IMG/VR virus record: IMGVR_UViG_3300017698_000036
Span: 32,001 to 96,000 of that record
Reading direction: 5' to 3' (one strand)
Length of the DNA: 64,000 nt
Source of the DNA: a virus
Below, one piece after another: positions 10,806 through 20,341 of this stretch. Made by a program: the position numbers and the translations under genes. The notes below the pieces were generated by a model. That model saw only the letters and a list, made by a program, of their open reading frames with translations, did no database searches and was not told the DNA's origin. The first letter of the stretch is position 1; each line of letters begins with the position of its first letter.

Positions 10806-10844
10806 AAGCTATTACTATTTCAAAAAAAGGAGGATTAAGTAGAC

Positions 10845-11660
10845 ATGATTTATAAAAAAGGAGTACAGAGACCTATGGTTATGGGAATTCAGGAGGTTAT
10901 TAGAGCCTCTATTGATGGATTCTTTGGTTCTATAACAGAGCAAAAGGTGAAGGACTACCAAGCAGATAATGGTTTTGAACAAACTGGTGAAGTGGATCAG
11001 GATTTGTTGGACCACATGTTTAAAGATGGAATGCAGGTAACCTATAGGGTACTTGAGGTTATCGCGTGTTTTGAGATCGGGTTCAAGAGACAAGCCTGGG
11101 GCGCAACAAGTGTTGTACCTGGTGATGGAGCCGGTACGAACTATGGTGTTATGCAGGTCAATAAGTACGGTTCGATGCAACTGATGAAGAAGTATTACAT
11201 GCCAGCTGGAGAGGACTTTACAGATTGGATTGGTTCTATCAATGGTGCAAAGGCTCAATACCGATACTTCCTGGATCGTATATGGTCAGGAGCTACGGCA
11301 TTTGCTTATAAGGTTGGGGATACGTCTCCACGGGCAGTAGCCTTGTTCTGTGACGCGATTGTTCAAGGGGGTCACACTATGCCGTCAAAGGCTCCTAAAA
11401 CTTGGAGAGATTGGCAACTGGATGGAAATTATCTTGAGTTGGTAAAGCACAACTATGAAGAGGATACCGTACGTAGGGCATTTATTAAGTCTGTCATGAG
11501 CTATAGCCCTCCTGGAAGGGCCTTTGCCGAGATACATCCTAGATCGGGTAATTTGAAGTTTTTAGATGATCAACTTAGTAGACGTAGAACAGTTATCACT
11601 GGTCAAGGAATTGTACATGGTGATAGATACGATATGGACCTGTTTGGTTTGTTTGATTAG
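10845..11660 (+). CDS. Putative endolysin (peptidoglycan-binding domain + lysozyme-fold glycosidase)
   Basis: FFGSITEQKVKDYQADNGFEQTGEVD is PG_binding_1-like; FE...GDGAGTNYGVMQ resembles the lysozyme/chitosanase-fold catalytic signature. Confidence 0.7.
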   Translation: MIYKKGVQRPMVMGIQEVIRASIDGFFGSITEQKVKDYQADNGFEQTGEVDQDLLDHMFKDGMQVTYRVLEVIACFEIGFKRQAWGATSVVPGDGAGTNYGVMQVNKYGSMQLMKKYYMPAGEDFTDWIGSINGAKAQYRYFLDRIWSGATAFAYKVGDTSPRAVALFCDAIVQGGHTMPSKAPKTWRDWQLDGNYLELVKHNYEEDTVRRAFIKSVMSYSPPGRAFAEIHPRSGNLKFLDDQLSRRRTVITGQGIVHGDRYDMDLFGLFD

Positions 11661-11672
11661 GGGAGTCTTATA

Positions 11673-12005
11673 ATGACGCTTATCGACAGTATTAAGGGAA
11701 AGTACGATAGGGGTAAGTCTGCGTTTGATGTGTGGGAGGAGAGTGGACTTCTCGAAGGTCTACTTCTGGAGCATCAAAAGATAGTGGTCGAGTTTTTAGA
11801 TTTATGGTATATTGAGATATTGAAGATGAGAGACCCTACAACTGACAGCAGTTTTTACACTAAAGATGAGGTTGAGAGTTTTGCGTATATAGGGTTTCCT
11901 ATCGTAAGAAGAATTCTACAACCACTTTTAGAAAAATATGAATTGGTTTTGAGGACGGATGATGATGGTAAACATTCACTATTTTCGAAAACGTATAAGG
12001 AGTAA
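11673..12005 (+). CDS. Mini-protein homologous to major capsid N-terminus, with C-terminal DDGKHSLFS tag
   Basis: WEESGLLEGL and VESFAYIGFPIVRRIL match MCP WTKTGLLKGI and VEGFASVAFPLVRRIF; GGGAG SD. Confidence 0.75.
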   Translation: MTLIDSIKGKYDRGKSAFDVWEESGLLEGLLLEHQKIVVEFLDLWYIEILKMRDPTTDSSFYTKDEVESFAYIGFPIVRRILQPLLEKYELVLRTDDDGKHSLFSKTYKE

Positions 12006-12011
12006 AGATAA

Positions 12012-12329
12012 ATGAAGAAGGATATATTAAGTCAGCTTAAAGGAAGACAGTGTGAAATTACAACAATACCTACTGATGAGGAAAAACTCCGATTAGTAGA
12101 CAAGTGGACATTCGCCGGTCTTCTCGACGGGTTAGAGATTTCCGATAAAACTAAGTTGGCTATGATGTTAGAACTGACATCAATGTCACTTATTGAGTGT
12201 ATTAAGATAGAGGAGGAGATAGGTAGTGAGGTAGATATTGATCAATCGGCCGCCATAGTTTTTCCTATGATTGTGCGTACCTTCCACAGTATGAACGACT
12301 ATGGTCTTAAAATAGAACATAAGGAGTAA
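12012..12329 (+). CDS. Second mini-protein homologous to major capsid N-terminus
   Basis: KWTFAGLLDGL...KLAMMLE...SLIE...AAIVFPMIVRTF matches MCP KWTKTGLLKGI...NLAVLLE...SLITE...ASVAFPLVRRIF; AAGGAG SD. Confidence 0.75.
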   Translation: MKKDILSQLKGRQCEITTIPTDEEKLRLVDKWTFAGLLDGLEISDKTKLAMMLELTSMSLIECIKIEEEIGSEVDIDQSAAIVFPMIVRTFHSMNDYGLKIEHKE

Positions 12330-12335
12330 GTATAA

Positions 12336-13178
12336 ATGAAAAAAGAAGATAAAAAAGATGTACTGGTTGATGAGTGTACAAACGGTCTGCCCATCACCAT
12401 CGGGGTACCTGATGAGAGTGGAGATCTTAAGGCTGTAACCAATCCCAAACTAAAGGAGACGATTGAGTTGGGTAAAAAGATGCAGGCCGATGAAAGAAGT
12501 CATCAGAGTGAGGAAGACCGTGCACGCGGTGAGGCTATTGTAACCAACATTATAGATACCGTCTCTACAGAACTCTTGGGAGAAGAACCTGAAGAAAAAT
12601 GGCCTCCCAAGATGGATACTGATACGACGGTTAAGGGTGATCCACCCACTACAGAAGAGGCCAAGATTAATAAGGAGTTTGCAATCAAGAGAATTTCAGG
12701 TGAGTTGGATCTATCTGACGAACCTCCAGAGTGTAAATGTGGGGGAGAATGTACGTCACACAACACTCTGGCTGAGGCGGTGGGTATGAAACCTGGTGAT
12801 TTCGATAAGTTGGATCACTATGATGAGCTGGTCAAGGAGAATGGGAAGTTGAAGGAAGAAAAAACTAGATCCGATTTGTGGCAGGCCGATAAAAGAGGGT
12901 TTATGGATAGAGCCCTTGGCAAATTCGCGAGTAGAAAACTGTTAGCTTTTGCAGTTACCACCATAGCCTTCTTCATGGGTCTACTAGTGTCACAGTACTA
13001 TATGGCCATCGTTATGTGTTATATTGGTTCACAAACTGCAGTAGACATCTTTAATCGCGTTAAGCTACCAAGTGTAACCGACGCAGCCTGGGAATCACTG
13101 TCTCGTCGTAATAACACTGTTCCACAAAAACAGTCAGTCGAAAGTAAACCGACGTTAAAAAATAAAACATTTAACTGA
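12336..13178 (+). CDS. Putative holin-like membrane protein with long acidic N-terminal region
   Basis: Two short hydrophobic helices after SRKLL near the C-terminus; lies between the endolysin and spanin-like genes. Confidence 0.45.
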   Translation: MKKEDKKDVLVDECTNGLPITIGVPDESGDLKAVTNPKLKETIELGKKMQADERSHQSEEDRARGEAIVTNIIDTVSTELLGEEPEEKWPPKMDTDTTVKGDPPTTEEAKINKEFAIKRISGELDLSDEPPECKCGGECTSHNTLAEAVGMKPGDFDKLDHYDELVKENGKLKEEKTRSDLWQADKRGFMDRALGKFASRKLLAFAVTTIAFFMGLLVSQYYMAIVMCYIGSQTAVDIFNRVKLPSVTDAAWESLSRRNNTVPQKQSVESKPTLKNKTFN

Positions 13179-13283
13179 TTGATTTACTTATAGAAACTCC
13201 CACCTATCCCACCTCTCGAAATTTAAGTCTCACACAAAACTCACAAATCAAATAATTACATACATAACAAAGGGGAATATGAC

Positions 13284-13667
13284 ATGATGAATTCTATTAT
13301 ATATTTTGTAAAAGACTACTACCCTATTATGATCATTTGGGTTGTTATTACACTTGCCATTACGGGTCTGGTAAATAGTTGTAACAAGCGAGAGATTCGT
13401 AGATTGGAGAGTATCGTTAAGATCGACAAAGAGTACCACACCAAAGAAGTTAAAATACTCAAAGACACCCACGATAAACAACTTCAGGCTGTTATAGATA
13501 TACGTGATAAGTATGATGTCGAAATAAAGAAGGTTACAGAACAGTACCGCGACAACCTACAGACCATAAAAGAACAACAAGGTGTGGTGTATGATAAGTA
13601 TCTCAAAAACCAGGAACTTATGAGTCAGATGTTGACTAAATATTTCGGAATAAAACTTAGGAGATAG
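13284..13667 (+). CDS. Putative spanin-like protein (N-terminal TM + coiled coil)
   Basis: Hydrophobic IMIIWVVITLAITGLV followed by a charged helical region. Confidence 0.45.
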   Translation: MMNSIIYFVKDYYPIMIIWVVITLAITGLVNSCNKREIRRLESIVKIDKEYHTKEVKILKDTHDKQLQAVIDIRDKYDVEIKKVTEQYRDNLQTIKEQQGVVYDKYLKNQELMSQMLTKYFGIKLRR

Positions 13668-13671
13668 TTCT

Positions 13672-14145
13672 ATGAAATATATATTATTTATTTTGTTAAT
13701 GTTGACCTCTTCAGCGGTATGCGCCCAAACGAAAGATGCTAGTTCGATGGCCTTGGGTTTACAAAAGGGTGAGTTTTCTATAGTAATGAAGGGAGAGACT
13801 AATTTATTTTCTGGTTATCTGATATCGTTCGAAGGAGTGGCCAATATAATCAGTACCTTTGATACTATGAAAAAAGAGTTTGAACTAAAATTACAAAATA
13901 CAGTAGACTATCATACGCTTCAATCTAAGAAGAAGGAAGACATTTGTTTAAAACTGAGAGAGACGGATAGGGACAAGTATGAGTCTTTGTTGGCACTCAA
14001 GGAAGAACAGATAGCGAAGCTTAAGAAAAACTATAATCCTGTTAAGAAACCATTTTTCGGTACTTCATTTTGGACAGGAGTGGCCATCGGAGTCGTAACC
14101 AGTGTGGTGATAGTATACGGTGGTTTATATTTATACAACAAATAG
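13672..14145 (+). CDS. Putative spanin-like exported membrane protein
   Basis: Signal peptide MKYILFILLMLTSSAVCA, coiled coil and C-terminal TM FWTGVAIGVVTSVVIVYGGLYLY. Confidence 0.45.
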   Translation: MKYILFILLMLTSSAVCAQTKDASSMALGLQKGEFSIVMKGETNLFSGYLISFEGVANIISTFDTMKKEFELKLQNTVDYHTLQSKKKEDICLKLRETDRDKYESLLALKEEQIAKLKKNYNPVKKPFFGTSFWTGVAIGVVTSVVIVYGGLYLYNK

Positions 14146-14153
14146 GTGGTAGT

Positions 14154-14486
14154 ATGATCAAGAGTAAAGAAGAACAAGCCAGAATAAATTCAGTCTTAAA
14201 ACAGTTGTATGGTGACGATGTACTTAAAAGTCTAGATCCGACTGAATACGAGAAATTAGATGAGTATTTTGAGGACGTGAAAACTTCAGAGAAGGTCATA
14301 GAACATAGAAAACCAGAAAAGTATACGGATAATGTTGATATTATAGATGATAAGAGAAATGAAGTTATTAGAGATAAAACGTGTGCTAAGTGTAATAAAC
14401 AGGAAGTGTTTTTCACAGGTAAAGACATGTTCCACATAATTAAGCATAACGTTTGTGAGAAATGTTATTTTAAATACGTTCAATAG
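14154..14486 (+). CDS. Hypothetical protein with two CxxC motifs
   Basis: ATG 14154 after AGGTGG SD, in frame with track ORF 14070; CAKC and CEKC. Confidence 0.6.
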   Translation: MIKSKEEQARINSVLKQLYGDDVLKSLDPTEYEKLDEYFEDVKTSEKVIEHRKPEKYTDNVDIIDDKRNEVIRDKTCAKCNKQEVFFTGKDMFHIIKHNVCEKCYFKYVQ

Positions 14487-14497
14487 ACAGTGAGGTA

Positions 14498-15133
14498 TTG
14501 TTAATGGAAAATAAAGAAAAGAGACCCGCGAGTCCAAGACCCGAACTTAAGCACAACAATGAAACGTTAGAGGTACTTAAGGCTCTCGGACAGATCAGTG
14601 GTAATAACCATCATGGTGCAATTGACAAACAGTATGATAAACTTGATCGAGGTCTAAGATCTGACAGCGGTGACATGCCTACAGGATATCAAGGTAAGGA
14701 ATTAATCGACGCATTCGACTTCAGAGTATTTTCTGACATACTGGTTTTGAACTACCATACAGAGGCAACCACGAAAGACGTGCACAAGAATGGTAAGGGT
14801 AAATATGAAGAAGAGATTAAGGGAGTTATGCAGGCCAATATTGACTTCATAAAAAAACGTTTCAAAGAGATTACAGGAAAAGAATTACAGTTAACCTCCA
14901 TGGGTGAACCCAATATGCTGTTCGATTATATGAACACACATCGTAGTTGGTTAAGAGCTCAGTGGAAGTTTAAGATAGGAAATCTAAAATCCATATCTTC
15001 AGAAGAATTAACCGGTGAATATCATGACGATATTAGAGGTATAACAGGACAGGGACTGGAAGAGTCTTTTGATTTGGGAGCCTGGATTAATTCTACAAGA
15101 GAAGATAGATATAAAAATCTACTGGACGATTAA
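14498..15133 (+). CDS. Hypothetical protein directly upstream of TerL
   Basis: 211-aa ORF with GAGGT SD, tightly packed; no motif recognised. Confidence 0.6.
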   Translation: MLMENKEKRPASPRPELKHNNETLEVLKALGQISGNNHHGAIDKQYDKLDRGLRSDSGDMPTGYQGKELIDAFDFRVFSDILVLNYHTEATTKDVHKNGKGKYEEEIKGVMQANIDFIKKRFKEITGKELQLTSMGEPNMLFDYMNTHRSWLRAQWKFKIGNLKSISSEELTGEYHDDIRGITGQGLEESFDLGAWINSTREDRYKNLLDD

Positions 15134-15136
15134 TAA

Positions 15137-16840
15137 ATGCCCCCAAGAAAACGAAGGAAGAATAAAAACGGACTAACCTCGGCTCAAGTTAAGGAAGTTA
15201 GAAGGTGTGCAGCCGATCCAGAATATTTCATAATGAACTATTGTAAGATCAGAACACACAAGGGCGCCGTATTATTCAAACTCTATGACTATCAGAGAGA
15301 GTTACTTGGTAAATTTCATAAAAATAGAAATAATATTATACTGAAAGGAAGACAGCTGGGGATATCTGAGTTATCGGCCGCATTTTCGAACTGGTTAATA
15401 GTGTTTCATAAGCATAAAACTGTGTCTATATTGGCTACTGACATGAAACAAGCCATTCACCTTATGGACAAGGTTAAACTTTCGTATGATAATTTACCGG
15501 ACTGGATAAAAGCTCAAAACCCCAAAGAGAACGATAATCAACAGATGATTAAGTTGAAGAATGGGTCTAGTGTAATGTCCTATTCTTCTAGTGTCGATGC
15601 GGTACGTGGAACTACACCATCATTGTTGATTATTGATGAGGCAGCATTCATTGATGATATCGACGGTATATGGTCTGCAGCTAAACCGGCCCTAACGACG
15701 GGAGGGGCCTGTATCGTTCTTAGTACACCATTTGGAGCTGGTACTTGGTATCATAAACAGTGGTTGAACGCTATTGAGGGACTGAGTACTTTTGTACCCA
15801 CTCTTCTTATGTGGGATGTACATCCAGACCGGGATCAAGACTGGTATGCGCAGGAACTGTTGGACTTGGGTGAAAGAAAAATGGCCCAAGAGTATGAGTG
15901 CTCTTTCAACGCGTCCGGAGATACTGTAGTACATCCAGACATATTAAAGTATATAGAAGACAACTATATGTTAGATCCGGTGCACAAGATCGGTATCGAT
16001 GGTCAGTTGTGGATATGGGAAGAGTATAAAGACGGTCATGGGTACTGTATGTCGGTCGACTGTGCGCGGGGAGACGCAGAGGATTATCATGGTGCACACA
16101 TTATTGATACCACTACGATGGAACAGGTGGCAGAGTACCGAGGTAAGGTACCACTAGATGATTACTCTGAGTTTCTGTACAACCTGGCTCAACAGTATGA
16201 CAACCCGTTGATGGTAGTTGAGAATAATACGTATGGATATACTGTATTGAAGTCTTTACTCAAGAAGGGATATAAAAATCTTTATTACTCTAAAAGAAAA
16301 ACTAAGTATGATGAAGAAAAGATAGATTCCAAAAGAGGTATGTTACAAGACAATATGATCCCTGGATTTAATACCAGTGCATCCACAAGACCTATGATAG
16401 TGACCATTATGGAGAACTTCCTGAGAAACAAGACGATCAAAATACGTTCAAGTAGATTACTGAACGAACTCAGGTCGTTTATCTGGAAGGGACATAAACC
16501 TCAGGCCGCAAAAGGGTCACATGACGACCTGGTTATGTCTCTTTGTATAGGTTGCTTTATCGTCAACAATGTGTTTATTGAGGGCGGAGACAAAAGAAAG
16601 ATTAACATGGCCATTATGAACTCATTCAGAAAAAACAGTACTGTATTTAATACTGATACTGGACACTTAGCCGGTGTTGTTTATAGTGGGTCATCAATGA
16701 ATACACAACGTCAACAGTACATGGATACACATGGTAGATATGCTCGTATGTTGGATGATAGTGGTGGTCGAAAGAAAAGAAAAGTGGTAGACGATAATAA
16801 AAAGAAGAATGCATTCTTTTTACCGATCTATAAAGGATAG
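15137..16840 (+). CDS. terL: Terminase large subunit (T4 gp17-like)
   Basis: LKGRQLGIS Walker A, IIDEAAF Walker B, LSTPFG coupling motif; RNase H nuclease motifs SVDCARG, VVENN and HDDLVMS. Confidence 0.95.
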   Translation: MPPRKRRKNKNGLTSAQVKEVRRCAADPEYFIMNYCKIRTHKGAVLFKLYDYQRELLGKFHKNRNNIILKGRQLGISELSAAFSNWLIVFHKHKTVSILATDMKQAIHLMDKVKLSYDNLPDWIKAQNPKENDNQQMIKLKNGSSVMSYSSSVDAVRGTTPSLLIIDEAAFIDDIDGIWSAAKPALTTGGACIVLSTPFGAGTWYHKQWLNAIEGLSTFVPTLLMWDVHPDRDQDWYAQELLDLGERKMAQEYECSFNASGDTVVHPDILKYIEDNYMLDPVHKIGIDGQLWIWEEYKDGHGYCMSVDCARGDAEDYHGAHIIDTTTMEQVAEYRGKVPLDDYSEFLYNLAQQYDNPLMVVENNTYGYTVLKSLLKKGYKNLYYSKRKTKYDEEKIDSKRGMLQDNMIPGFNTSASTRPMIVTIMENFLRNKTIKIRSSRLLNELRSFIWKGHKPQAAKGSHDDLVMSLCIGCFIVNNVFIEGGDKRKINMAIMNSFRKNSTVFNTDTGHLAGVVYSGSSMNTQRQQYMDTHGRYARMLDDSGGRKKRKVVDDNKKKNAFFLPIYKG

Positions 16841-16845
16841 TTGAT

Positions 16846-18651
16846 ATGGGTAAAATAAGAGACGAACTGATTTTTAAAAAATTGAACAGACTTATGAACG
16901 GTCCTCTTGCCACGAGACGAACACAGGGAGCTCATAAACTAAAGAGAAGGTATCATAACAAGTACAACTATCAACAGGCCTCATGGAATAAGAATCAGGG
17001 TATTACCCGTGATGATTATCAATTATTCAAGGCCCTCAATCTAGAGGCCTTGGCAGACAGAAATAGAACTGCCAGATATATTGAGTTCGACAGTATGGAT
17101 TTCGTACCAGAGTTACATAGTGCACTTGATATATACGCAGATGAGATTACAACCTGCTCAGAACTAACTCCACTCCTACATATAGAGACTAAGAACGAAT
17201 CCATTAAGCAAATATTGGAAGAGCTGTTTTATGATGTGCTAAATTTGGAATCTAATCTGTTTGGTTGGGTTAGAAATATGGTAAAGTATGGTGATTACTT
17301 TATGTATCTAGATCTGGATGATACATACGGAGTTGTAGGTACAGCCCCATTACCCTTAAGGGAGATACGTAGATTTGAAGGGTTGGATCCGTTGAATCCA
17401 AACTATGTGAAGTTTAGTTGGGATTCAACGAAAAGAGAGTTTGAGAGTACACAGATCGCCCACTTTAGAATATACTCCGATGAAAAGTATGCTCCATACG
17501 GTGTTAGTGTTTTAGAGGGTGGAAGAAGGATATTTAGACAGTTGACTCTTATGGAAGACGCGATGATGGCCTACAGGGTCGTACGTTCTGCAGAAAGAAG
17601 AGTGTTCTATTTGGACGTTGGTGGTATTCCTCACGAATCTATTGAACCATATGTGGAGCAAGTAAGGTCTAGTATTAGACGTAATCAGATAGTGGACGAA
17701 GATACAGGACAGGTTACACTTAGATATAATGCTATGAGTATCGAGGATGATTACGTTGTACCAGTGCATGGAAGAGATTCTGCTACTAGAATAGAGACAC
17801 TTCCAGGTGGTCAATTTACAGGTGACATAGAAGACGTACAATATCTGAGAGACAAACTCTTCAGTGCTATAAAGATACCCCAAGAGTATCTCACTGCAGG
17901 ACGAGAGGCGGTAGATCAAGGTACTCTATCTCAGAAGGATATTCGCTTTGCAAGAACCGTACAAAGGTTACAACGCTATGTAATAGAGACTCTGCAAAGA
18001 ATAGCTTATACACATTTATATCTTTTAAAGTATCAAGGTAATGACTTGGTAGACTTCAAACTTAGACTCAATAATCCAAGTAGAATAGCCGAGTTACAGG
18101 AACTGGAACATTGGAAAACTAAATTGGATGTAGCGGTGGGTGCAGGTTTAGATGCCAGTTCTATGTTTAGTCGTAGATATATATTTGAAAAGATTCTTGG
18201 TATATCACCAGAAGAGTTTGATCGTAACAACAAAGAACTTGATACCGATAAGAGAATGCAGGCCAAACATGGTGCGTTAGAACAAGGCGCGGATGCATCT
18301 GGTGGTGGTGCAGGTGGAGCTTTGGATGATATGGGATTCGGTGAAGAAGGAGTAGAGGGTGAGGGAGAAGTCCCAACCGAAACAGACGATGACAGTATGT
18401 TGATTACATCCCCAGGTCGACGAGAGGCCAATCAGGCTGAAGAGTATTTAAGAGGTCAGGCGGAGAGGCGACGTGGTATTCATACAACTTCTGGAGCAAA
18501 GGGTAAGAAGTACAAAAGTGTGAGTAGTGACAAGAGAGATTTAGGGGCTAACACTAGACATAATAAGTCTCTCTATGGAGATCAATATATAGGCCGCTCC
18601 GACAGAAGTAAAAAGATTAAAGAGTCGGAAGATAAAGCAGATAAAGAATAA
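16846..18651 (+). CDS. Portal protein (T4 gp20-like)
   Basis: EDAMMAYRVVRSAERRVFYLDVG and IETLPGG gp20 motifs; follows TerL. Confidence 0.92.
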   Translation: MGKIRDELIFKKLNRLMNGPLATRRTQGAHKLKRRYHNKYNYQQASWNKNQGITRDDYQLFKALNLEALADRNRTARYIEFDSMDFVPELHSALDIYADEITTCSELTPLLHIETKNESIKQILEELFYDVLNLESNLFGWVRNMVKYGDYFMYLDLDDTYGVVGTAPLPLREIRRFEGLDPLNPNYVKFSWDSTKREFESTQIAHFRIYSDEKYAPYGVSVLEGGRRIFRQLTLMEDAMMAYRVVRSAERRVFYLDVGGIPHESIEPYVEQVRSSIRRNQIVDEDTGQVTLRYNAMSIEDDYVVPVHGRDSATRIETLPGGQFTGDIEDVQYLRDKLFSAIKIPQEYLTAGREAVDQGTLSQKDIRFARTVQRLQRYVIETLQRIAYTHLYLLKYQGNDLVDFKLRLNNPSRIAELQELEHWKTKLDVAVGAGLDASSMFSRRYIFEKILGISPEEFDRNNKELDTDKRMQAKHGALEQGADASGGGAGGALDDMGFGEEGVEGEGEVPTETDDDSMLITSPGRREANQAEEYLRGQAERRRGIHTTSGAKGKKYKSVSSDKRDLGANTRHNKSLYGDQYIGRSDRSKKIKESEDKADKE

Positions 18652-18681
18652 TTAATTTCATAAATGTTTAAGGAGTAAAAT

Positions 18682-19536
18682 ATGACCAAATTTAAACATA
18701 ACGTAAAAAAGTGGAAGCATAACAAGAAGCGAAATACAGCCATCATTTACAATATACTCGTGAATGAGTTTATTGAGGGGTCTGTTAACAAGAGGAATTC
18801 CGCGGAAGCATCATTGAAATTAATAAAAGAGCACTTTGGTTCTTCTAGTATTCTGAAAACTGAATTACATTTGTATAATGACTTGCTTAAAGCGTATGGT
18901 AATGACGACTTTGGTGAGGTACAACTGGTTGAAAGGCTTGTCGAGTGTGTACGTAAGGAGCACGATAGTCTTGATTCTAGTAAAATAAATGAATCCAAGT
19001 CTAAGCTCATATCCATCATGAATAAGACATTCGGTAAAGATATATGGAGCAGATATAGTGTACCCAATTATAAGAATATGGCCACAATATTTCAGATTCT
19101 AGAGAATTCCATAGGTCAGTCAGATAGAGTTCTATTGGAAAAGAAGTACGTTGATGATGTGGTGTCTAATAAAGATGTACAAAGTGTGGTGTTGATGGAG
19201 GATGTGGAGTTGGTTTCTAGACTAGCTCAAAAGGAATTCAAGGAAGAGTACTCTGGAAAGTTATTAGAGGAACAGAATGTAACTTTAAACAAATATATCA
19301 ATTCATATAGGGATAATGGTATTGACTATAAACTACACATCGACAGTGAGTTGGGTAGGATAAAGAAGGCCTTGTATGAGTATTTATATAATGAAAAGGC
19401 CTTGAATGATGTGGATTTGAGAATACTAATTAAAGAGGCTCTCAAGAAGGTCAACTCTTTTAAAACCAGTGATGATGAGGAGTTGATATTAGAGACGGTA
19501 CTCAAGTGTCAACAGTTGTTGAAGGAAATCAAATAA
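18682..19536 (+). CDS. Hypothetical head-module protein
   Basis: AAGGAG SD; KHNKKRNTAIIYNILV N-terminus; position after portal. Confidence 0.6.
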   Translation: MTKFKHNVKKWKHNKKRNTAIIYNILVNEFIEGSVNKRNSAEASLKLIKEHFGSSSILKTELHLYNDLLKAYGNDDFGEVQLVERLVECVRKEHDSLDSSKINESKSKLISIMNKTFGKDIWSRYSVPNYKNMATIFQILENSIGQSDRVLLEKKYVDDVVSNKDVQSVVLMEDVELVSRLAQKEFKEEYSGKLLEEQNVTLNKYINSYRDNGIDYKLHIDSELGRIKKALYEYLYNEKALNDVDLRILIKEALKKVNSFKTSDDEELILETVLKCQQLLKEIK

Positions 19537-20313
19537 ATGTCTGAGAATCGTAAGTTAGTGGTTAAGGTAGATACCGGGTCAAAGGAAGAGTTTGATTTTG
19601 AAGATATCGACATGGATTTCGACGAGGCCTTAAACTCCATGGAAGATACCGATGTTACTACAAAACTACGTGTAAAGATAGATGTAGATGGGGACGTAAC
19701 GGAAGACCTACCAGGGGAAACTCCAGAGGAGACTACCAACTTACAAGTAACTTTTGACGTAACCGACCCCATTGCTCACCTTAGTAATGATATAGATGTT
19801 AGGTTGAAGATAAGAAAGACTTTTGATGATAATATAATGATTCTAGATCATGAGAATATAGACATTATCATTAAGCCGGTAGATCATAAAATAGTTACTT
19901 TTCCAAAAGATTCGTACGATGATATATCTTATAGAACTCAAGAAAGGTTTTTTGAGTATTTAACAAGGAAAGGTGCCATCGATCGAGAGGATATAGAGGG
20001 TGGTAATGTGTATGGCTCATTACAGTGTGCCTACGTTGATGTAAGTAACCCCAATCAATCCACCGTACAGATGTTAATATTCTTAATTTGGAAATGGATG
20101 GAAAAAGAGAAACCTAATTTCAAATTCAATAAAGAAATGAGTAAGGCCTATATAGATAGACTTACTGATATAGAAAACATAGAAGGTGATGACCCTGAAA
20201 ACATTGCCAAGAAAAACAAAACGTCCGACAGTCAAAGAATGGACGGTACGTATGGTGGTGTATATGATTATGGTCAATACGCTTTGGGTGGAATGTTTTA
20301 TTACGAGGAATAA
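19537..20313 (+). CDS. Hypothetical acidic head-module protein
   Basis: Coupled to the previous gene by TAAATG; acidic. Confidence 0.6.
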   Translation: MSENRKLVVKVDTGSKEEFDFEDIDMDFDEALNSMEDTDVTTKLRVKIDVDGDVTEDLPGETPEETTNLQVTFDVTDPIAHLSNDIDVRLKIRKTFDDNIMILDHENIDIIIKPVDHKIVTFPKDSYDDISYRTQERFFEYLTRKGAIDREDIEGGNVYGSLQCAYVDVSNPNQSTVQMLIFLIWKWMEKEKPNFKFNKEMSKAYIDRLTDIENIEGDDPENIAKKNKTSDSQRMDGTYGGVYDYGQYALGGMFYYEE

Positions 20314-20341
20314 CTGATCATCAGTCAGGAGATAGTAAAGT

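Noticed and set aside
14498-15133. Terminase small subunit call
   Set aside because: Position fits, but no recognisable HTH or gp16 motif; left as hypothetical
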